DNA of 64,000 nt, taken from Armatimonadota bacterium (GTDB lineage Bacteria > Armatimonadota > UBA5829 > DTJY01). The DNA lies in assembly GCA_017993055.1 (NCBI GenBank), contig JAGONM010000020.1:4075-68074 (forward strand). Direction: 5' to 3'. Under the pieces are notes generated by a model, which was given only the letters and a program-made list of their open reading frames with translations, ran no database searches and had not been told where the DNA came from. The position numbers were made by a program, and so were the translations under genes. This document shows, one piece after another, positions 58,593-64,000 of the stretch; within the stretch, counting starts at the first letter, position 1; each line of letters begins with the position of its first letter.

Positions 58593-59488
58593 ACATCCAC
58601 CCACCGGCCGCCCCTCGCCTTCGATTCCTGCGCGGCCACGATGACCGAGACCATCTCGAGCGTCTCCTCGTGCGGGAAGGGCGGGATGCCGCTTTCTGCG
58701 AACCTCACGAAGTCCTCGAGTTGGGCCTTGAACATGCTGAACGTGTCGAAGCTGTCCACTCGGACCCACTTATCGGCCCCGTAGAAGTTGAACGCGATCG
58801 GCCCGGCAAGCCCGGTCACGACCTCCAGTTGTGCCGACCGCCCGTCGAGCCAACTGAGCTGAACCTGCGCCCGGCTGCCCGGGCCTACATCCCTCACGGC
58901 CTTGAAGCCCCCGCCCATCACCGCGCGGACCCCCTCCAGGATGTGGATGCCGTAGGTCCGCCAGTACTTCGGGGAGACCGCGCTCGCGTACGTCCACTCG
59001 TCACCCGCGAGGGACAGAAGTTCCATGCAGTACCGGAAGCACGAGGTGGAGACGATCGGCTGACCGCCGGCATACCGTTCGCGGAAGGCGGCGAGGTCGC
59101 GCGCGTTGTCGGTCAGCGGCTTGTCTATGAAGACCGGGATGCCATTGTCGAGGAACGGCGCGGCCGTCGCGAGGTGTTTCTCGCCGTCGTCGCGGGCGAG
59201 CAGCAGGGCGTCCACCTCGCCGATCATGTCCTTGAGGTTCGGCGCTACCTTCTCGATCCTCGAGGCGCGGGCGACGTCGCGGGAGACCGCCTCGTCCTGG
59301 GTCCAGATATGCGTTACCCGCGCGTCCTCGATGCCGAAGTCTCTCTCCGGGCGCGCGCCGAGATATTGCGGGATGACCGGGAACGGACAGGAGTCCATCG
59401 CCGCGCGGTCGTAGCCGTTGATGATCGCCGCCCAGGAGTACGGGTGGCCGTTTCCTTCGCTCAGTCCGACGATGCCGAGTTTGAGCAT
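58583..59488 (-). CDS. Gfo/Idh/MocA family oxidoreductase
   Basis: MLKLGIVGLSEGNGHPYSW..., NAD-binding N-domain, 301 aa. Confidence 0.6.
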   Translation of the reverse strand: MLKLGIVGLSEGNGHPYSWAAIINGYDRAAMDSCPFPVIPQYLGARPERDFGIEDARVTHIWTQDEAVSRDVARASRIEKVAPNLKDMIGEVDALLLARDDGEKHLATAAPFLDNGIPVFIDKPLTDNARDLAAFRERYAGGQPIVSTSCFRYCMELLSLAGDEWTYASAVSPKYWRTYGIHILEGVRAVMGGGFKAVRDVGPGSRAQVQLSWLDGRSAQLEVVTGLAGPIAFNFYGADKWVRVDSFDTFSMFKAQLEDFVRFAESGIPPFPHEETLEMVSVIVAAQESKARGGRWVDVSA

Positions 59489-59498
59489 CTCACACCTC

Positions 59499-59666
59499 TA
59501 TGGGACATATGCAACGTTCGGGCTGGAGTTGCACTCCAGCCCGCGATACCAGTTGGGGAGTTCAACTCCCCATCCAGCCGCGCGGGAAGGAGTACAACTC
59601 CTTCCCGAACGTGTGTCTATCGGTAGGGCGTACAACATGGGACTCATGGGACGGATGGGACGGCTG
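59499..59666. repeat. Composite intergenic region: one ATGGGAC unit, three Family H hairpins, then an ATGGGAC x3 array
   Basis: TATGGGACATATG; GGGCTGGAG-TTGCA-CTCCAGCCC; GGGGAG-TTCAA-CTCCCC; GGGAAGGAG-TACAA-CTCCTTCCC; ACATGGGAC TCATGGGAC GGATGGGAC GGCTGTCAG. Confidence 0.65.
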
Positions 59667-60449
59667 TCAGAATATCGTCCAGCCGCCGTCCACGATCAGG
59701 TTCTGGCCGGTCACGTACGCCGAGGCATCAGATGCCAGGAACACGAGCGCGCCCTTCACGTCGTCCTCGCTCGCCATCCGTCCCATCGGGCATCGGCCCT
59801 CGTAGAACGCTCGCGTCTTCTCAGGCACGCTCGACTCCATGAGCCCGCCGGGACTGAGCGCATTCACGCGCACGCCGAACCGGGCGAAGCGCATCGCCAT
59901 CGCCCGCGTGAAGTTGATCACCCCGCTGCGGTGGAACATGTAGTCCGGCGGGAAGTCGTCGCCCTCGCGCCCGTAAGCCCGCAGGTCGGGGCTGACGACG
60001 CCGTATATCGAGCTGATGTTGATCATCGAGCCGGACCGCCGCTTCTCCATGGCCTCGCCGAAGATGCGGGTCGGCGCGAAGATGCCGGTCGAGTTGACGT
60101 CCACCGACTCGCGCCAGTGATCGAGGTCGTCGTCGTAGGACTTCATCGGCCGGATTACGGCATTGTTGACGAGCACGTCGAGCCGCCCGTCCTCGGCTAG
60201 GATGCGGTCGCGCACCCGGCGGAGGTCGTCCTCGTCGGTCATGTCCATCGAGTCCGAGTCGGCGGCGTACCCATCGGCGCGGAGTTCTTCGGCGAACCCG
60301 GCGCACTTTACCCCGTCGCGGGAGACGATCCAGACCTTCGCGCCGGCCTCAGCGAGTCCCCGGCAGAACACCCTGCCGTATCTCCCCGCGCCGCCGGTGA
60401 CGAGGGCGGTCTTGCCGTCGAGAGTCAGAAGCGAGCGAACGTCAGTCAT
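59667..60449 (-). CDS. SDR family oxidoreductase
   Basis: TALVTGGAGRYGRVF glycine motif. NNAV. ATG 60449 with GGAGAG RBS. The ORF-track start 60467 overlaps the upstream gene. Confidence 0.7.
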   Translation of the reverse strand: MTDVRSLLTLDGKTALVTGGAGRYGRVFCRGLAEAGAKVWIVSRDGVKCAGFAEELRADGYAADSDSMDMTDEDDLRRVRDRILAEDGRLDVLVNNAVIRPMKSYDDDLDHWRESVDVNSTGIFAPTRIFGEAMEKRRSGSMINISSIYGVVSPDLRAYGREGDDFPPDYMFHRSGVINFTRAMAMRFARFGVRVNALSPGGLMESSVPEKTRAFYEGRCPMGRMASEDDVKGALVFLASDASAYVTGQNLIVDGGWTIF

Positions 60450-61416
60450 GTTGGCTCTCCAGCACATTCAGGCACAGGCGGAGGGTGTGCGCCGCGTCGC
60501 GGATGCTCGTGAGAAGCGCCGGGCCGCCGTCTATCACATCTACGAACGCCTGCGCCTGACGCCTCATTGCCTCCAGGTAGTCGGCCTGTTCGACCTCAAA
60601 GTCCTCCCAATCGGCGGCGCCTTTGCGGAATATCCGGCACGTGAACTCCGGCTCGACGATCCGCAGGAAACCCTCCGTCCCCGCGAACTCGATGATGCCC
60701 TCGTTGTGCGGCTGAAACTGGTTGGTGTTCATCGTGCCGAGCGCGCCGTTCCGAGAGAAATCGAAGGAGAGCGCAACGGCATCCTCGACTTCGACGCCTT
60801 CGAGCGCGAGGTGGCGGATGAACCCGGTCATATCGCGGATAGGCCCCATGTACGACTGCACCAGGTCTATGTGGTGGCTCGCCGCGTCGAGCAGGCACCC
60901 GCCGCCCATGTCCCGGCGGGCGTAATAGATCTCTTTGTAGTCCGGCCGGTAGGTCGTGAACGGCTGGCCGGTGTTGACCCGGCAGACGAGCATCTCGCCC
61001 AAGTCGCCGGATGCAATCAGCTCGGCGGCCTTACGATGGAGTGGATGATACCGGCGGACGTATGCGACGCCCGACGAAGGCGCTCCCGGCTGCTCAGAAA
61101 GAGCGATCAGTTCGTCGACGCCGTCCCACGCGTGGGAGAGCGGTTTCTCGGAGAGCACCGGGATGCCCTCTCGGAGACATCGGGCGGCCATCGGGACGTG
61201 GAACGGAGCGGGGGCGCAGATCACGACCCCGTCGAACCCCGAGAGGTCGAGCGAATCCAATCCGGCGGCCAGCGGCTCGACGCCGAGTTCGGCGGCGCGC
61301 TCGAGCGACTCCCTGCGCGGGTCGGTGGCGAAGAGCTTCGGTCTCGGTTCGACCCCGTTGAACGCGCGGATGTGCTTGAGGCCGATGCCTCCCGCCCCGA
61401 CGATCAGTATCTTCAT
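60442..61416 (-). CDS. Gfo/Idh/MocA family oxidoreductase
   Basis: MKILIVGAGGIGLKHIRAF. Strong RBS GGAGTCAGGAGTCAGA. Trimmed from the ORF-track start at 61470. Confidence 0.7.
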   Translation of the reverse strand: MKILIVGAGGIGLKHIRAFNGVEPRPKLFATDPRRESLERAAELGVEPLAAGLDSLDLSGFDGVVICAPAPFHVPMAARCLREGIPVLSEKPLSHAWDGVDELIALSEQPGAPSSGVAYVRRYHPLHRKAAELIASGDLGEMLVCRVNTGQPFTTYRPDYKEIYYARRDMGGGCLLDAASHHIDLVQSYMGPIRDMTGFIRHLALEGVEVEDAVALSFDFSRNGALGTMNTNQFQPHNEGIIEFAGTEGFLRIVEPEFTCRIFRKGAADWEDFEVEQADYLEAMRRQAQAFVDVIDGGPALLTSIRDAAHTLRLCLNVLESQHD

Positions 61417-61435
61417 TCTGACTCCTGACTCCTGG

Positions 61436-62299
61436 CTACTGCCTTCTCCCCAGGATCGCATCCATCGCACGCGAGGTGTTCTCGATCAGCACCTCCGGAT
61501 GGTGGCGGTACGGCGGGATCATCTCGGCGGTGACAGGGCCGTCGTAGCCGACGTCCTCGAGCGCCCGGACTACCTCCGGCCAGTCCACGTCGCCGCTGAG
61601 CAGGTCCACGAACCCGTTCATGTTGCCGACGCTCCTGCGGAAGTCCTTGATGTGCACGCGCTTGATCCGCTTGCCGAGCACGCGTATCCAGTCCTGCGGG
61701 AAGCCGCTGACGACGCAGTTGCCGACGTCGAAGTACGCCCGTACCCACGGGCTGTCGAGCCGGTCTATGAACGCGGCGATCTCCAGCGGGCTGAGCAGGA
61801 ACTTGTTCCACACGTTCTCGGCGCAGATGACGACGCCCGCCGCCTCGGCATCCGGGATCAGCTCGCCGAAGCACTCGGCCGCGCGGGCGTATGCGTCGTC
61901 GTACCGGACCTTCGGGAAAGCGGGGTCCCAGGGGACGTCCACCGCCCCGGGCACGATCAGGACGGCGTCGGTGCCGAGTTCGCGGGCGGCGGCGAGCGCC
62001 TTGCGGGCGACCCCCATCGCCTTCGAGCGGATACCCGGGTCGTCGGACGTGAACGGCCACTGGAAATGCAGGGCGCATCCGAGGCTGGCGATCTCGATGC
62101 CGATGTCCTTCGACGCCTGGCGGACCTTCGCCAGTCGAGCGTCTGACGATTCGAGCGAGACCTCGCCGGTGACGCCGTACCCCAACTCGATCGCTTCGAA
62201 ACCGGCGGCCTTCGCCTCCTTCATCGCTTCGGCGGCGGGTTTCGCGCCGTCGAGTCCGCCGGGGAAAGACCAGTAGCTGATGCTCTTCTTCATACTCAT
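61436..62299 (-). CDS. Sugar phosphate isomerase/epimerase (xylose-isomerase-like TIM barrel)
   Basis: SYWSFPGG...AGFEAIEL... AP-endonuclease-2/TIM-barrel family pattern. GGAGTACGAGT precedes the ATG (TACTCG-type repeat). Confidence 0.6.
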   Translation of the reverse strand: MSMKKSISYWSFPGGLDGAKPAAEAMKEAKAAGFEAIELGYGVTGEVSLESSDARLAKVRQASKDIGIEIASLGCALHFQWPFTSDDPGIRSKAMGVARKALAAARELGTDAVLIVPGAVDVPWDPAFPKVRYDDAYARAAECFGELIPDAEAAGVVICAENVWNKFLLSPLEIAAFIDRLDSPWVRAYFDVGNCVVSGFPQDWIRVLGKRIKRVHIKDFRRSVGNMNGFVDLLSGDVDWPEVVRALEDVGYDGPVTAEMIPPYRHHPEVLIENTSRAMDAILGRRQ

Positions 62300-62338
62300 A
62301 CTCGTACTCCTGCTCTCAGGCGAAGCCCCACCCCGTCA

Positions 62339-62450
62339 GCCCTGAGTGCGCCTCTGGGCGTGTATCGAAGGGCGGCCTACGGAGTGCCAACCCTCGTGTA
62401 GATGCGACCGTCCTTCGATACACGCCGTCATTCACCGGCGCACTCAGGAC
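62339..62450. repeat. Family R110 structured repeat (full copy, 11-bp outer stem and 15-bp inner stem)
   Basis: agCCCTGAGTGCGCCtctgGGCGTGTATCGAAGGGCGG...CCGTCCTTCGATACAcGCCGTCATTCACCGGCGCACTCAGGac. Confidence 0.6.
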
Positions 62451-62468
62451 TAGCGGATCGCATCTCGG

Positions 62469-63146
62469 TTACCTCTCCAGAGCCCTCACGAACCGCTCGG
62501 TGACGATGTGAGGCCTCGTTATCGCCGTGCCGACTACGACCGCGTGCGCCCCGAGATCGAGCGCCCTGCGCGCCTCCTCGGGCGTCCAGATCTTCCCCTC
62601 GGCGATTACGGGAACGCCGACGCGCGCGGCCAGCCCCTCGATCAGAGCGAAATCAGGACCCTCCTGCCTGGGGCTGTAGGGCGTGTAGCCGCTCATCGTC
62701 GTCGCCACGATATCCGCGCCGGCATCGGCGGCGGCGATTCCCTCCTCGAGCGTCGAGATGTCCGCCATGACGGCGACCCCGAGCGCCTTGACTAGTGCGA
62801 TCAGATCGGCGGGACGGATGCCGGTCTTCCTTGGTCGGAGGGTCGCGTCGAGCGCGATGATGTCCGCCCCGGCGTCGAGTATCTCCTCTGCGGCGTCGAG
62901 AGTGGGGGTGATGTAAGGCTCGGTGTCAGAGCGGCCGATCTTGTTGATTCCGATCACGGGGAGATTGACGGACTGCTTGATTGCGCGGATGTCGCTCGGG
63001 CCGTCGGCTCGGATGCCGACCGCCCCTCCGATCTCGGCGGCGCGCGCCATCGCCGCCATGATGTGGCTGCCGTGGAGCGGTGTGCCCTCTGCCGCCTGGC
63101 ATGACACGATGAGGCCGCCCCTGAGGCTCTCGATGAGGTCGTTCAT
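62469..63146 (-). CDS. nanE: N-acetylmannosamine-6-phosphate 2-epimerase
   Basis: MNDLIESLRGGLIVSCQA...PVIGINK...IAEGKI, about 225 aa, typical NanE. Trimmed from the ORF-track start at 63329. Confidence 0.7.
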   Translation of the reverse strand: MNDLIESLRGGLIVSCQAAEGTPLHGSHIMAAMARAAEIGGAVGIRADGPSDIRAIKQSVNLPVIGINKIGRSDTEPYITPTLDAAEEILDAGADIIALDATLRPRKTGIRPADLIALVKALGVAVMADISTLEEGIAAADAGADIVATTMSGYTPYSPRQEGPDFALIEGLAARVGVPVIAEGKIWTPEEARRALDLGAHAVVVGTAITRPHIVTERFVRALER

Positions 63147-63336
63147 TGGCCCCCCCCCTTGCGGGAAGGTTATACGCCGGCGCGGGTTCTTCCTCTGGGA
63201 GAAAGCACGACGGCCGCCTCCCCTCTGACGAGAGGAAGCGGCCGGTGAAAAGGGAGTCCGTGGCCAACGGGGGTGTGGCTCTAGTGCGCCGCCGGGCGCG
63301 TTTGGCCTGATCGCGGCGACCGCGTTCACGTCGAGA

Positions 63337-63516
63337 TCAGGTGCGGTTGTACGTACTCGTCGCGGCCGCAGTCTGCGTACGGGCGCCCATCAGGCATCCG
63401 AGCGACGGTCGCAGGATGGCCTGCAGGAACGGCGACCACTGCAGAGCGCGGCGGCAGGACGGACATTCGCTGTCCGTTCCGTTGGTCCAGGTGCCACAGT
63501 AAAAACATTTGATCAT
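63337..63516 (-). CDS. Small zinc-ribbon protein
   Basis: MIKCFYCGTW...SECPSCRR has two CxxC pairs. GGGAGGAG RBS before the ATG at 63516. Confidence 0.45.
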   Translation of the reverse strand: MIKCFYCGTWTNGTDSECPSCRRALQWSPFLQAILRPSLGCLMGARTQTAAATSTYNRT

Positions 63517-63769
63517 GTGGCATACTCCTCCCTGGGATGGCGGCTTCCCGCCAACCCCTGCATTACCTTGCATCTCGGCCGATGAACCCAAGGTCTCTAC
63601 TCCTGCGGGCTCGGGCCGATCCCCCGCCGCAAGGGCGAAGGAGAGGCATCTACTGGTAACATCACCTGCAAGATTCGTGCCAGTAATGCTAACAGGGAGG
63701 AATTCAGGTAAATTTACTGGGTAGACATTTGTACAGGGGTGACTGATGCCGTGACGACCGGCTGAGTTC

Positions 63770-63985
63770 TCATGGTGTATCCTCGTTCCTCAGGATCATC
63801 GTTGTGATGAATGCGGCTGTGACGGGGTCATCCAACTCGATGCCGATCCGAGTGGGCTTGATCGGGGAGTCCTCGGTGATCTGCTCGGTCTTGATTGAGA
63901 ACGACGAGCCGCCGCAGTCTATCTCGACCCTCACCTTCTCCTCGGCGTTGGTGATGAGAAGCGTTCGCTCATCAACTCGTCTCAC
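63770..63985 (-). CDS. Hypothetical small protein
   Basis: 71-aa ORF at the window edge with no recognised family. Confidence 0.2.
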   Translation of the reverse strand: MRRVDERTLLITNAEEKVRVEIDCGGSSFSIKTEQITEDSPIKPTRIGIELDDPVTAAFITTMILRNEDTP

Positions 63986-64000
63986 CTCTCCGGTCGTGAT

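Noticed and set aside
63640-63725. AT-richer segment with three TACTGG/CCAGTA words at about 30-bp spacing upstream of the zinc-ribbon gene.
   Set aside because: Probably just the promoter region. The repeats are short (6 bp), and no convincing -35/-10 consensus or palindrome could be defined.

Overview
This is a high-GC bacterial chromosomal segment (no rRNA, tRNA, CRISPR array or transposase seen). The gene content suggests a glycan-degrading PVC-superphylum or Kiritimatiellota-like organism, but that is inference only.

Gene content, in order: (1) a peptidoglycan-recycling cluster, with a secreted amidase carrying FN3 repeats, a GH3 NagZ-like hexosaminidase and an M55 DppA D-aminopeptidase, driven by a near-consensus sigma70 promoter next to a LacI-type palindrome. 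(2) An ABC-2 exporter pair. (3) A class II aldolase, SDR and MDR dehydrogenase trio, possibly for deoxy-sugar-phosphate catabolism. (4) thiC-thiL-tsaE behind a clear TPP riboswitch. (5) A roughly 30-kb, mostly minus-strand glycan-degradation locus. It holds five Cys-type sulfatases with Tat signals, a GH29 alpha-L-fucosidase, a sialate O-acetylesterase, a GH2 enzyme, two PHP-domain hydrolases, a nucleoside hydrolase, DUF4838-like proteins, several Gfo/Idh/MocA oxidoreductases, NanE, an SSS symporter, and three paralogous URO-D/MtaA-like proteins.

The most unusual aspect is non-coding. Short intergenic spacers carry at least seven families of structured repeats, described individually below. 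Some overlap stop and start codons of adjacent genes. The GH2 ORF contains in-frame palindromic insertions. A gene 3' end plus a two-hairpin 3'UTR is tandemly triplicated.

Coordinates of non-ORF elements were read by eye and may be off by a few nucleotides.
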